DNA of 27,182 bases from Alphaproteobacteria bacterium (GCA_045605805.1 JAZUQR010000028.1:1-27182), one strand, 5' to 3'; shown: positions 8,825 to 18,660, counted from the first letter of the stretch. The notes: generated by a model from the letters alone, not told the origin. Numbers and translations: made by a program.

Positions 8825-9765
8825 TTTGTTACTTTCAATTTAGTGTTGTTTTCCATGTCTCGCTTTATCTGTTCATTCAGATACTTTATTTCATTCTTGT
8901 AATGCTTGTTCAAGTTCTTTTCAAGGTTCTTGTCAATTACCTGTTGTTGGTATCGTTGAACACTTTTATCAACATTTTCGTTTGTTGCTTTAAGGTGAAT
9001 TTCTTCATCGGTCTGTTTTATTGAACCTTGACCCTTTTTCTTGTTCGGGTTTGTTCCGACTAAAACATTATTCAATAAATTAGACTTTGCTTGTTTCAAT
9101 CCCTTCATTTGTAAAATGTGTTCTTGTAATGCTCGCCACCCTGAAAGAAGGACACCTGCATTTTTAGACATAATATTTGCTGCTTCAATGGCTGTTTCTG
9201 CTTTGTCAATCCACATTATTCTTGACCCCTTGCGTTTAATTCTCTTTGCCACTTTTCCACCCCTTTTGTAATAGACTGTTGCTTTTATAATGTGTTTTAT
9301 AAGTTCTTGGGGGGAAGTGGTAAAATTGACAGGTTGAATGACTTTCTTTGCTTTTTTACTTTTGCTTTGTCTCAATACAATGTAACCCGCCGTTATCATT
9401 CCTTTTTTCGTTCCACGGGCAATAATACCATTTTCATTTGCTGGAATACCTGACGGAATTCCGCTTTTTCCTGACCATGTTTCAACTGTGTTTCCTTTTT
9501 TGTTGGTTTTGGTAACACTTCCCAAGATGTCCCTTTTGATACGGGTTCGCAATGCTTTGATGTTCGCTTTTATCTTTGGGGCAGACTTGGAAGCGGAAGT
9601 TTTATTAAAATCTTCATCGTTTGTGGGTGAAGAAGGTAATGTGTATTTTACAATTTCATTGAATGTTGCTTGAATTGTTTTTGCTGAAACAGTTTTTAAT
9701 CCGTCTTTCCATTTCTGTAAAAGACTTTCAAAGTTTGACATCAATTTGAAATTTACCTTTGGCAT
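8821..9765 (-). CDS. Basic neck/tail-completion region protein (314 aa)
   Basis: Very Lys-rich and in the position of HK97 gp10 / lambda gpZ-like genes. Function is inferred from position. Confidence 0.55.
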   Translation of the reverse strand: MPKVNFKLMSNFESLLQKWKDGLKTVSAKTIQATFNEIVKYTLPSSPTNDEDFNKTSASKSAPKIKANIKALRTRIKRDILGSVTKTNKKGNTVETWSGKSGIPSGIPANENGIIARGTKKGMITAGYIVLRQSKSKKAKKVIQPVNFTTSPQELIKHIIKATVYYKRGGKVAKRIKRKGSRIMWIDKAETAIEAANIMSKNAGVLLSGWRALQEHILQMKGLKQAKSNLLNNVLVGTNPNKKKGQGSIKQTDEEIHLKATNENVDKSVQRYQQQVIDKNLEKNLNKHYKNEIKYLNEQIKRDMENNTKLKVTK

Positions 9766-9766
9766 A

Positions 9767-10093
9767 TTAGATACTTCTTACTTTTACCAAATCACACGCA
9801 AACGCGACTTCATACTTTGACTTGACACTTGATGTAATAATGTATTCACCTTCTTTTGTGACAAGTCTATTACCCTGTAATTTCTCTTGACCTACACTTT
9901 CGGGAATGAGTGCATGACCGTCTATGTTGTAAGTCATGCTTCCAATTTCAGCGGTCAATTCACCTGTCTTTGTTGTAACAACTGCCATGAATTCAGGTGT
10001 AACAGTTTGGTTTATTTTATCAACAATTTTACAAGGTTCTCCCATTGTTTTTAGTTGGTCATTCAATGCTGTTTCAAAAAACTTCTTCATCAT
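9767..10093 (-). CDS. Putative head-tail joining protein (108 aa)
   Basis: Size fits and it lies directly after the capsid gene. Confidence 0.6.
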   Translation of the reverse strand: MMKKFFETALNDQLKTMGEPCKIVDKINQTVTPEFMAVVTTKTGELTAEIGSMTYNIDGHALIPESVGQEKLQGNRLVTKEGEYIITSSVKSKYEVAFACDLVKVRSI

Positions 10094-10126
10094 AATTTTT
10101 TATTTATTACTTCATTTTCCGTGAAG

Positions 10127-10160
10127 AAAAAAGAACGGTCAATGTTCTTTCATTGACCGT
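10127..10160 (-). terminator. Terminator after major capsid gene
   Basis: Stem ACGGTCAATG/CATTGACCGT plus TCTTTTTT. Confidence 0.8.
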
Positions 10161-10191
10161 CCATGAATAAATTGTTTTATGTGTGGTTTAA

Positions 10192-11100
10192 TTATCTTGT
10201 ACCGCCAATGTTTAATACCTTATGTTCATCAGCAACTGTGAAACCTGCAAGAGTTTCTACGGAACACTTAACAGTTTGGGTGTTGTAATCAAAAGAAGAA
10301 ATTAGAACCATTGGAATTCCACCAACTTCGCCAAGATACTGCATACCCTGACCAACTTTTGTGAAAAGAATTTCAGGGGTTGCAACGGCTCCAACAATGG
10401 CATCTTTTGCCCATGCGAAACCAAATAAGTAATTATAATCACTAATAATTTCATCTTTGTAAATGTGGTCAATGCCATAAACGCCTTCAGTCTTGGGGTC
10501 AAGTCCCAAACCGTTTGTTGGAACAAGTCTTGAATATGCAGAAGGTGACAATGAAAGACCAGCAATTGCAAACGCGCCTGACAATGCTACAATTTTCTCG
10601 GGTGTTATTGATGTTGGTGTATATTCACCAATTGTATAAGTTGCATCCACAAATGTATTAATGCTGTCATAAAAGAGTTTATTTACACCCTGTGCAACTG
10701 CCTCCATTGCAGCCTTTACTTTGCTTTCAATTCTCTCGCCCTTCATGATGTCATAAGCGGTCAATTTGAAGGGTCTGGATACACGATGAAGTTTTACATC
10801 AACATACTTATTCTTGATGTTCGTGGTATCCCAATTTTCACCGTCAATCATAGCGTCACCCATAGAAGAAATGACTTCAACCTGAACAACGGGACAAGCA
10901 TCAGGATTGCGAACTTGCAAGTCTGTCTGAACATCAATAATTTGACTTGCAACGGGTGCAAGTATCTTTGCAACACCGTCAGCGTATTTTTCACTAACAC
11001 CCTTCCAAAGTTCGCCCGTTGCTGTGGTATTACCACTGTCAGCATTGGTAAGAGAAGGGAAAAGAGTATTCAACTTGTTATTAAAATCTTCTGTAATCAT
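10192..11100 (-). CDS. Major capsid protein (302 aa)
   Basis: Follows the protease/scaffold gene and has its own terminator. Size and composition fit an HK97-fold capsid. Confidence 0.75.
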   Translation of the reverse strand: MITEDFNNKLNTLFPSLTNADSGNTTATGELWKGVSEKYADGVAKILAPVASQIIDVQTDLQVRNPDACPVVQVEVISSMGDAMIDGENWDTTNIKNKYVDVKLHRVSRPFKLTAYDIMKGERIESKVKAAMEAVAQGVNKLFYDSINTFVDATYTIGEYTPTSITPEKIVALSGAFAIAGLSLSPSAYSRLVPTNGLGLDPKTEGVYGIDHIYKDEIISDYNYLFGFAWAKDAIVGAVATPEILFTKVGQGMQYLGEVGGIPMVLISSFDYNTQTVKCSVETLAGFTVADEHKVLNIGGTR

Positions 11101-11161
11101 AATTTGTAAAATCTTTCTATTGTTAAAAAGTTTATTTATTTTATTTTAGGTTTTCCCATGA

Positions 11162-12112
11162 TTAAAACAACATATTCAAGGCTGCATTCAATCCTTTTTC
11201 TTTGACAATTTTTCTGTAATCATGGTTTGAAATTTCGTTTTTGGGTGTTGGTAAGTCTTCCACATTGTAACCCAAGTTTGCAATTCTTTTATTGACTTCA
11301 TTGTTCAATGCGTTCTTAAACTGTGACTTTTCAAATTCCAATTCTGCAAGACGGTTCTTCAATTCTTGGGTCATGGCTTCACGCTCCTTTTCAAACGCTT
11401 CAATCTGGTTCTTCAAGTCTGCAATGGTTTCAGCCTGTTCAGAAACTTTGTTTTTCAATTCAGTTTCTTCTTTATCTGCTTTAATCAATTCTTTACACTT
11501 TCGCAAAATGTTCTTGAAACTGAAAATTGGTGTTTCATTTTCTGTCTTCACATCATCAGTCATTGTGTTTGTCAATTCAAGTTCATTCTCATTGGTAACA
11601 GTAATTACACCGCCTGTAATCTCATCAACCCAATTTAATTGTAAAGCCTGTTCGGCTGTGTAATATTTTGGCTTCTCAATTTCATTGTAAATTTCATCAG
11701 CCGTTCTTCCTGTCTTTACTGCATAAATTGCAAGAACTTGATTTTGTAAGTTCTCAAAAAATACAAGGTCATTTTGTATTTCTTCAATTGTTCCGTATAA
11801 TCCACCTTCACACAAATGAACAAAAAATGTTGCATTTGGTTGAATTGTTACCCTGTCACATGCAAGGGCTGGATATGTGGCTGCACTTCCGCAAATGCCA
11901 CGGATAACACAAACGGTTTCAATGTTGGTCAATGCTGTAATTGCGTCATACATGGCAAGACCTGCTACAACTGACCCGCCTTTGCTGTCAATAATGAATG
12001 TAATTTGCTTCACATCGTTTGCAACCAATGCGTCAATTTCTCTTTGCAATTCATGGGCTGCTTCCGTTGTGATTTCTCCTGTAATCAAAATTTCATTTTT
12101 TCTGTCAAACAT
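11162..12112 (-). CDS. ClpP-family head maturation protease with C-terminal coiled-coil scaffold (316 aa)
   Basis: IDSKGGSVVAGLAMYDAI, GICGSAAT (catalytic Ser), FFVH (His) and YYTAEQALQLNWVDEI motifs. Charged heptad C-terminus. Confidence 0.9.
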   Translation of the reverse strand: MFDRKNEILITGEITTEAAHELQREIDALVANDVKQITFIIDSKGGSVVAGLAMYDAITALTNIETVCVIRGICGSAATYPALACDRVTIQPNATFFVHLCEGGLYGTIEEIQNDLVFFENLQNQVLAIYAVKTGRTADEIYNEIEKPKYYTAEQALQLNWVDEITGGVITVTNENELELTNTMTDDVKTENETPIFSFKNILRKCKELIKADKEETELKNKVSEQAETIADLKNQIEAFEKEREAMTQELKNRLAELEFEKSQFKNALNNEVNKRIANLGYNVEDLPTPKNEISNHDYRKIVKEKGLNAALNMLF

Positions 12113-12125
12113 TTCTTTTTATAAT

Positions 12126-12314
12126 TTATTGTTCGTTTTCCGTTCTTTTTCTGAATAAACTTTTCACATCAAAAAACTTTCGTTCTTTGAACTCTGATTG
12201 TTTTCCAATGTTGAATGAAGCAAGGTTTCTCATGTAGCCCATGACCCTTGTCCAAACCTGCGTTTTCTGACGGTCATTTGTGTGTTCGTTTAAGAATTGA
12301 CTTTTGCTTTTCAT
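12126..12314 (-). CDS. Stand-alone NrdD C-terminal glycyl-radical domain peptide (62 aa)
   Basis: VWTRVMGYMRNLASFNIGKQSEFKERKFF matches the class III RNR C-terminal pattern R-V-x-G-Y-x-R...N.GK..E...R. Confidence 0.85.
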   Translation of the reverse strand: MKSKSQFLNEHTNDRQKTQVWTRVMGYMRNLASFNIGKQSEFKERKFFDVKSLFRKRTENEQ

Positions 12315-12338
12315 GGTAACATTGATTGCTTGTTTCCT

Positions 12339-12941
12339 TTACAATTTGTTCCAAACTTTGCGAACATTGGCAGACTTTGAACCATACTTTGCAACTTCAA
12401 AATGTGGGTAATCTTTGAAAGAAGTCCAACTTCCACCGTTCAACATTTCATCAGGACATCCACATTCTTGAACCAAATGTTTGTAAATGTCATCATTGGT
12501 AATGTATGAAGACCCCTTGAAAATACCAATATCAAACGCAATACCAAAGTTATGAAAACTTGAACCGCCTTTTGCATTTGTTACCTTTGAACCCTTTTTT
12601 GTTCGTCCAATTGCGTAAAGTTCATTCTGTTCATTTATGGTTCTTGTTCCACAAATTACCTTTACTGTGTAACCTGTTTTATTCATCCAGTCTGAAACAT
12701 GGTCATGAAACCATTTACGGACATTGAACTGAACACTTGGAAGAAGTGTTGAAAGATTACTTTCTGTTCTTTGGTCAAGACTTCCAAACTTCTTCAAATG
12801 TTTATCAGCGTCAAGTAACCATTGTTCAAGACATTTGTTCGTTTTATAACCCCTTATTCCATCCACCTTCCCGCAATCATACCCCGCAAATTTTAGCAAT
12901 CTTTGCAAGTATTCTGTATCATTGACAATTTTATTTATCAT
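12339..12941 (-). CDS. Endolysin: N-terminal peptidoglycan-binding domain plus M15 (L-Ala-D-Glu type) peptidase
   Basis: LQRLLKFAGYDCGKVDGIRGYKT (PG_binding_1-like), RTINEQNELYAIGRT...VTNAKGGSSFHNFGIAFDI and DYPHFE. Confidence 0.92.
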   Translation of the reverse strand: MINKIVNDTEYLQRLLKFAGYDCGKVDGIRGYKTNKCLEQWLLDADKHLKKFGSLDQRTESNLSTLLPSVQFNVRKWFHDHVSDWMNKTGYTVKVICGTRTINEQNELYAIGRTKKGSKVTNAKGGSSFHNFGIAFDIGIFKGSSYITNDDIYKHLVQECGCPDEMLNGGSWTSFKDYPHFEVAKYGSKSANVRKVWNKL

Positions 12942-13203
12942 TGTTCTGGTTCTGGTTCGGTTTCTTCTTTGATAATTCCTGTAAATGGTATTCTTCCAAG
13001 TGTTGCAATCTTAAATTCTGTTCTTTCAATGTGGTTGTAAATTCTTGGAACGCTGCTGTCTGTGACTGCATGAATTCACGCATATCAGAATAAAGGAAGA
13101 CCAAACCACAAATTGCAAGAAAACAAAACAATTCAAGTGGCTTCTCTGCAAGTTGTCTGAAAAAATAGACAATCATGTTTTCATCTGGTCTTTTCTGACA
13201 CAT
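12931..13203 (-). CDS. Putative holin / membrane lysis protein (90 aa)
   Basis: One hydrophobic segment (LFCFLAICGLVFLY) plus a coiled coil. Overlaps the endolysin start. Confidence 0.55.
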   Translation of the reverse strand: MCQKRPDENMIVYFFRQLAEKPLELFCFLAICGLVFLYSDMREFMQSQTAAFQEFTTTLKEQNLRLQHLEEYHLQELSKKKPNQNQNNDK

Positions 13204-13412
13204 TACTTCTTGTTCCCTTCTACTGTTAAAATTTCAACATCAAGTTGCTTTTCATGGTCTGCATAGTGTAATGTGCATGAAGTAAAATACAAGGCAGATA
13301 CTATACCGAACAATACACCAATGATAATCTTCACCAATGTATTGTTCATGCCTTTATTCACCGCCCATGAATAAACCTTTTTCAACATTTCAATAAAAGT
13401 TTCTTTTTTCAT
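13203..13412 (-). CDS. Small membrane / lipoprotein-like protein (69 aa) in the lysis cassette
   Basis: Hydrophobic stretch IIIGVLFGIVSALY ending in lipobox-like FTSC. Confidence 0.55.
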   Translation of the reverse strand: MKKETFIEMLKKVYSWAVNKGMNNTLVKIIIGVLFGIVSALYFTSCTLHYADHEKQLDVEILTVEGNKK

Positions 13413-13442
13413 TTTCGTTCAATTAATGTTTTGTTTTTCCAA

Positions 13443-14948
13443 TTATTCATTCAAGTTTGGTTCGGGTTCGGTGTCCTTTGGTAATGGTATTTCTTGACCG
13501 TTCCATTGTATCGGGGCTGCTCCTGCCATGTTTTGAATTAAACTTTCAACGGGTAACTGATACTTTTCCGCAATTTGTCGGATATGTGCAAGGTCATGTG
13601 CAGTTCTTTCAGCAATTTCTTCAACCGTCATTCCATAATTGGCAAGTGTCCATGTGTTACCGTCCGCAAGACCTGCGTTCTTTTGAGCAATGAAGTTATT
13701 TGTATCATGTCCCAAGTCAATTGACCATGCTGTTCTATTTATCCAAGTAACATGAAATTGTTCTTCGGGTTTGCTGCAAGGTCTCAATCTTCCCGCTTCA
13801 ATTTCACATGCAATGACATGTTGATAAACACGGTTTGCCCAGTTTTCTCTTGCATACAATCTTGACTTTGCCCAGTCTTTCGCCTTTGCCAAAATGAAGC
13901 GTGTAGAAGCAGACCCCAAAGTTTCAGGGTTGAATAAAACCTGTGGGTCAATTCCAACTGAATAAGCCAAACTGTTAATGAGGTCATGAACATATGCCCT
14001 GACTTCATTACTTGGGTTTTGGTTGTGAAGTGTCTTCAAATCTCGGCCAGGTTCAAGAGATATGGCTTTTACACCGTCAATAATAAGCGGTTGTTCCGTT
14101 TGTTGAACAATGGGTTCTTCACCGTTTTGTTTAGCCTGTCTTGCTTGAATGAGGTCATTCAAACCTGTTCTTTTATCTGCCATGTTTTTTGTTTCAACCA
14201 AACCAAATGTTGCCCCAATTTTGACCTGTTGTTTATGAAGTTTGTTTATTTCATAAATGTCTTGTGCGGTTGTAATTGCTGTTACCAATTCAGACTGACA
14301 TCTTGTTTCATTTGGTTCTTGGTTGTGACCGTATAGAATAGCCCTGTTTGCGTCAATTTCAACTGTCTTGTCAAGGTAATAATCTTTTACAAAATACTTT
14401 TGAGCCTTCCCGCTTTTACCGAACTTGACACCCATTGAAACACCGTTATTCTTGTCTTCATCACTCCAAATTTGAGGGGCTGCAAATAAGGCAATCCCCG
14501 CCCCCTTGTCAAATCCGCTTCTTGTCATTACTGTCAAACAATCACCGTCAATAATTGCTCGTTTTTCAATCCAATTTTGGCATTCAAAGAAGTTCATTTT
14601 ACCTGTGGTTTCAAATAAACGGGGGTTCATTGCTCGCTTCAAAAACGCTTCACGGGCTTCTTTGTTCCAATCTTCATCAGTTGTTGCGGGTCTTGGGGTC
14701 AATGTTCCCATTAACAAACATAAAGTTGAAACCGCTTGTTTTATTTCAGGTGTGTTCAAATACAAGTGTCTTGCCCTTTTCCAAATGGTTTGAATGTCCC
14801 ATTTTGAAATTTGGTTTCTTGGGTCAAGGTTAAACCAATCTGTCAATGAAAAGTTTCTGTCAGCCGTATAAAGTGCAGCGTCAGCACGGTTCAAAATTTC
14901 AATGTTTTTGTTCTTCTTTTTCTTCATTCTCTTGTTCATAGTCTTCAA
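13443..14948 (-). CDS. Portal protein, lambda-family-like (~500 aa; ATG at 14939 possible)
   Basis: RARHLYLN, IIDGDCL, LEPGRDLK and SASTRF motifs. Lies after the terminase and the gpW-like gene. Confidence 0.88.
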   Translation of the reverse strand: MKTMNKRMKKKKNKNIEILNRADAALYTADRNFSLTDWFNLDPRNQISKWDIQTIWKRARHLYLNTPEIKQAVSTLCLLMGTLTPRPATTDEDWNKEAREAFLKRAMNPRLFETTGKMNFFECQNWIEKRAIIDGDCLTVMTRSGFDKGAGIALFAAPQIWSDEDKNNGVSMGVKFGKSGKAQKYFVKDYYLDKTVEIDANRAILYGHNQEPNETRCQSELVTAITTAQDIYEINKLHKQQVKIGATFGLVETKNMADKRTGLNDLIQARQAKQNGEEPIVQQTEQPLIIDGVKAISLEPGRDLKTLHNQNPSNEVRAYVHDLINSLAYSVGIDPQVLFNPETLGSASTRFILAKAKDWAKSRLYARENWANRVYQHVIACEIEAGRLRPCSKPEEQFHVTWINRTAWSIDLGHDTNNFIAQKNAGLADGNTWTLANYGMTVEEIAERTAHDLAHIRQIAEKYQLPVESLIQNMAGAAPIQWNGQEIPLPKDTEPEPNLNE

Positions 14949-14958
14949 TTCTTTCTGT

Positions 14959-15228
14959 TTAGATTACACTCACAAATGACATAATGTTTGAACCTCCACC
15001 AATGAAACCGTTCTTCTTGTATTCAATGGCAAATGTCAATAACTCAACCAATTCTTGACTTGTCATGTTCAATGCCTTTGTATAACTTGCTCCTGCACCT
15101 GTGGAAGCGGAAACAATTCTGTCAGGGTTCTTCAACATCTCATTCACCGCTTTGGTAAGTTCTTGTTCAAGTTCTTCAACCGTGTATAAATTCGCAACTG
15201 CTTTTATTACTGTATCACTCAAATTCAT
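14959..15228 (-). CDS. gpW-like head-to-tail joining protein (89 aa)
   Basis: Small gene between TerL and portal, as in lambda. The ATG at 15228 lies 11 bp after the TerL stop. Confidence 0.6.
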   Translation of the reverse strand: MNLSDTVIKAVANLYTVEELEQELTKAVNEMLKNPDRIVSASTGAGASYTKALNMTSQELVELLTFAIEYKKNGFIGGGSNIMSFVSVI

Positions 15229-15239
15229 TTTATTATAAT

Positions 15240-16928
15240 TTACAATTGATTTTCCGTTTGAACGGGATTGACCCAAGTGCAGAATAAGCAAAGTTTCAAA
15301 CAGTCATTGTAATGGTCTTCTTTCAAATCTTTCCATTGTCTTTGACCTGACTTTGTGATTATCACCTGTTGCCCCTCTAACCCCTTTACAAGTTCATTGT
15401 CTGTGTTTGCAGGAAGATGAACCATTTTGTCCTTTATCTGATTGTGTAAAGTCATTTTCAATGAATAGTCATTGTATGTGTATAGCGTCAAATCTGCGTG
15501 TGTTCTTACTTGGGTTTCATTCCAAACACCCTTCGCGGTTGAACCTTTTGTTGGGTTCAATTTTCCATTTATTCCAAGAAGACATTCATTGTAAATTTCG
15601 TTTGTTGAATATCCGCTGTCAATGTATGCAATGTCAACACCCCAATCAACACCGTTTTTATCTTTCCAATTCAATTCATCAACCAATTTTTTGTAACCTG
15701 TTTTTCCATTTGCTGATGAATATGACATTAGCGTTCCCCAATCAATCACTTTCAATGAACCATCATGACAAACGGCTGTCGCAACCCAATGTGAAGCGTT
15801 TTGTCCTGCGTCACCTCCAAGAACAATGTAAAGTGTATTATCTGGTATTTCTCCACGCATGTATGACTTATCAATAATGTTTTGAATGTCATTAGTGGAA
15901 GTTGTTTGTCCAACCTCTGTGAAGGGAAGTGCAAGCCAACTGTTCTGAAAGTTCCTTATTGCTTCATGTTTGATTATTGAACTTTGGGCTTTTATAAACT
16001 CACACGCAATGTCACCAAATGAAACAAAAGGTGAATAAATTGAATTCAAATGATAACCATGATGTCCTTTTGTGTGGTTCGTTCTCGTTTTCACCCAATG
16101 CCCACGGTTCATGACTTCAATTTTCATGTTGTCGGTTATCTTGCCTTTGCAATGAGGGCAGACATAATGAGCCGTTTTTCTCACATGTTCAAGTGTTGCG
16201 TTCTCCCAATTTAGTGTTTCCTTGGAAAACACAAATTCAAAGTCTTCATTGCAATGGGGACATGGCATGAAGTAATGACTTTGACTTGAATGAAGGAACT
16301 CCTGATAAAATACATCTTCATTTACTGACGGGGTAGAAGAACTGATTATTTTGTGATTAGAAAATGACTTTGTTCGTTCTCTTACCAACAAATATGGATG
16401 TGCTTCTTTTACCGAACCTTTTTGCCATTTGCTCACTTCATCAAGCAACAATACCCCCGCAGACATGGAAGCCAACTTGTCAGCCGTTCTTGCCCCTGTA
16501 TAAAATGTGTCCATGGCAGGGAATAAAATCATGTTTTCTTGACCTTGGTTTTCGGGTGGAAGTTTTTCTTTCCACCATGAATTTGACTTTAATAACGGTA
16601 TCAATCTTCTACGGACAAGACGCTGTGCAAGTGGGTCAGTTGATAACGCAATTAAACAAGGCTTTGGATTAAACCTTGATAAAAGTAAATATGACAATAA
16701 AAGAATTGTCGTTTTTCCTGTTTGTGCTCCAAATACAAGAGTTATTTCTTGAACCCTTGGGTCAGTTACATCTTCAAGAATTTGCCTTGCCCACGGCTGT
16801 TGTGACAAGTCAAGATTACCCGCTGCATTTGGTGACACTTCTCTTGGAAAATAAACATTCTGTTCAAGCCAAAGTGAAGCGTCAATGTCCAAAGTTTCAT
16901 TGAACAATAATTGTGAAAAGTCATCCAT
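15240..16928 (-). CDS. Terminase large subunit, lambda GpA family (562 aa)
   Basis: Walker A GAQTGKT, Walker B LLLDE, SSTP coupling motif, two CPHC motifs, and nuclease-domain GGDAG and IDSGY. Confidence 0.95.
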   Translation of the reverse strand: MDDFSQLLFNETLDIDASLWLEQNVYFPREVSPNAAGNLDLSQQPWARQILEDVTDPRVQEITLVFGAQTGKTTILLLSYLLLSRFNPKPCLIALSTDPLAQRLVRRRLIPLLKSNSWWKEKLPPENQGQENMILFPAMDTFYTGARTADKLASMSAGVLLLDEVSKWQKGSVKEAHPYLLVRERTKSFSNHKIISSSTPSVNEDVFYQEFLHSSQSHYFMPCPHCNEDFEFVFSKETLNWENATLEHVRKTAHYVCPHCKGKITDNMKIEVMNRGHWVKTRTNHTKGHHGYHLNSIYSPFVSFGDIACEFIKAQSSIIKHEAIRNFQNSWLALPFTEVGQTTSTNDIQNIIDKSYMRGEIPDNTLYIVLGGDAGQNASHWVATAVCHDGSLKVIDWGTLMSYSSANGKTGYKKLVDELNWKDKNGVDWGVDIAYIDSGYSTNEIYNECLLGINGKLNPTKGSTAKGVWNETQVRTHADLTLYTYNDYSLKMTLHNQIKDKMVHLPANTDNELVKGLEGQQVIITKSGQRQWKDLKEDHYNDCLKLCLFCTWVNPVQTENQL

Positions 16929-16929
16929 T

Positions 16930-17697
16930 TTATTTGTTCTTCTTTATTTTGTTTCTGACAGGGTTCTTTGCCTTTTCCCTTCGGTTTTCTTTCTTGTCTA
17001 TACTTTGCAAGGCTTCAATCTGTGCAAGTTCTTTGTAATCGTTTAAGGCGTTTTCTGCTTCCTTTGCTGCGTCTTTGTAACGATAATAAGCCATGTTCCA
17101 TGCTCGTTGAAATTCAGGAACCATGTCAGCGGGTAAATTGTTTTCAATGGCAAGTTTCATTTCATCCAAACCGTTGTTCAATCTTGGGTAAAAGTGTGTT
17201 TTGTATCTTTCAAACACTTCCATTGGAAGATACTTGCCTTCTTGAACTTCCGCAATCTGTCGCAATCTGCAAAGTTCATTGAATGTGGAAGTTAAATCTT
17301 TCACACCTCCAACATACACACGCAATGTCTGAAACTGTTGTTCATTTATGGCTTCATCCAAAAGAAACTGTGTTTTTCTTAATTGGTTGAACGCTGTTTG
17401 TTCAAGTAACTTGTATCTTTCAACCAATGTGTCTGTAATGGTTTCTTGTTCCGTACATGCCACTTGATGAACATTTACTTCTTCAAGCAACTGTTCAAGT
17501 TCATTGTCATTCTTCTTTTCAATTGTCTTCATGTTTTTCATTTCAATATGTCTGTAATCAAACCCGTTTTCATTACACCACTGAACCCATTGTTCATGTT
17601 GTTTCTTTCGGTGTTCTCGTGCGGTCTTTGGTTTCAAGTTGAACTCTTTTGAATAAGCGTCAATTATCAATCTATCTGTGAAATTTCCACGGCTCAT
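16930..17697 (-). CDS. Probable terminase small subunit (255 aa)
   Basis: Ends 1 bp upstream of TerL and is helical/coiled-coil. Assigned by position. Confidence 0.6.
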   Translation of the reverse strand: MSRGNFTDRLIIDAYSKEFNLKPKTAREHRKKQHEQWVQWCNENGFDYRHIEMKNMKTIEKKNDNELEQLLEEVNVHQVACTEQETITDTLVERYKLLEQTAFNQLRKTQFLLDEAINEQQFQTLRVYVGGVKDLTSTFNELCRLRQIAEVQEGKYLPMEVFERYKTHFYPRLNNGLDEMKLAIENNLPADMVPEFQRAWNMAYYRYKDAAKEAENALNDYKELAQIEALQSIDKKENRREKAKNPVRNKIKKNK

Positions 17698-17731
17698 GTC
17701 TCTATTTATTCATGAATTTTCCAAGGTGTTA

Positions 17732-17900
17732 CAAGTCATTGATTATCAATTTTTAGTGATGCTTTTGAATAATAATTGCAAAGTATTGATAATCAGGCGG
17801 TTATAACGCCTTGATGAAGAAAATTTGCGAAAAGAAGAACAAGCGAGCGAAACACCCAATCAGACACCCCCCCTCGGTAATAGATTTCTTATACCCCCTA
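17732..17900. promoter_or_regulatory. Candidate cos/packaging region with two IHF-consensus sites
   Basis: Non-coding gap between HNH and TerS. Minus-strand AATCAATGACTTG (17744-17732) and TATCAATACTTTG (17791-17779) match WATCAANNNNTTR. C-tracts at about 17867-17898. Confidence 0.5.
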
Positions 17901-18000
17901 TGTTATGTAGGAATTGAAAAAACATCTCCCAAAAATAAAGCAACCATTGAAATTCTTGTTCAATGGTTGCTTCATAATTATGGCTATTCTATCAACTTAT

Positions 18001-18660
18001 TTATGAAAATTGTTTTCTAAACTCTTTCACCTTTTTATCAAGTTTCTTCTTCTCTTTTTCAAGTTCGTTGTATCGTTCTTCAAGTTTTTTCATTGCTTCT
18101 TCATTTACTTCTAAAATCTAATTCAATCTGTCATCATCCAACATTGTGTAATGTGACTTGCCTTGCCAAAAGTTTCTGTCATGAAGAACGGCTTTAATCT
18201 CATTTATCAATTTATGAATGAAGTCAATTTTCTAAAAACAACTGTTCATTCTTCTTGTCAAACTTCTTCTTTCATTCGCTGTTCCATAATTCACATTGTC
18301 TTTCAAAGTCATGGCTTCAAGGTTATCAAATGAATTGTCATATGGGTTTTCATTTTTGTGGTTCAAGGTTTCACCATGTTTAAGTTCTCTTCCACCAAAT
18401 GCCTTCCAAATCATTCTGTGTAACATCTCATGAATGACTTTGCCATTGTCATCAGTCAATGTAACTTGAATGTAACCATGCCCATTGTCATACCCAATAA
18501 ATGACTTGGTTCTATTGCTCCAACATTTGCCATGCTTAAACCAAATGTATTCATTCAAGCCTTCAATCTTTGCTGCATATTCAAGAACGCTGTTCATGTT
18601 CTTCTCATTCATGACAGTCATGTTTGCTGTCTCCGTCTTTGTATTGTGATTTACTTTCAT
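18001..18660 (-). CDS. HNH endonuclease with C-terminal coiled coil (219 aa if the TAGs at 18232-18234 and 18118-18120 are read through; 142 aa otherwise)
   Basis: HRMIWKAF...LNHKNENPYDNSFDNLE HNH motif. Beyond the first TAG the frame stays open apart from one more TAG: KIDFIHKLINEIKAVLHDRNFWQGKSHYTMLDDDRLN*ILEVNEEAMKKLEERYNELEKEKKKLDKKVKEFRKQFS-TAA. Confidence 0.8.
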
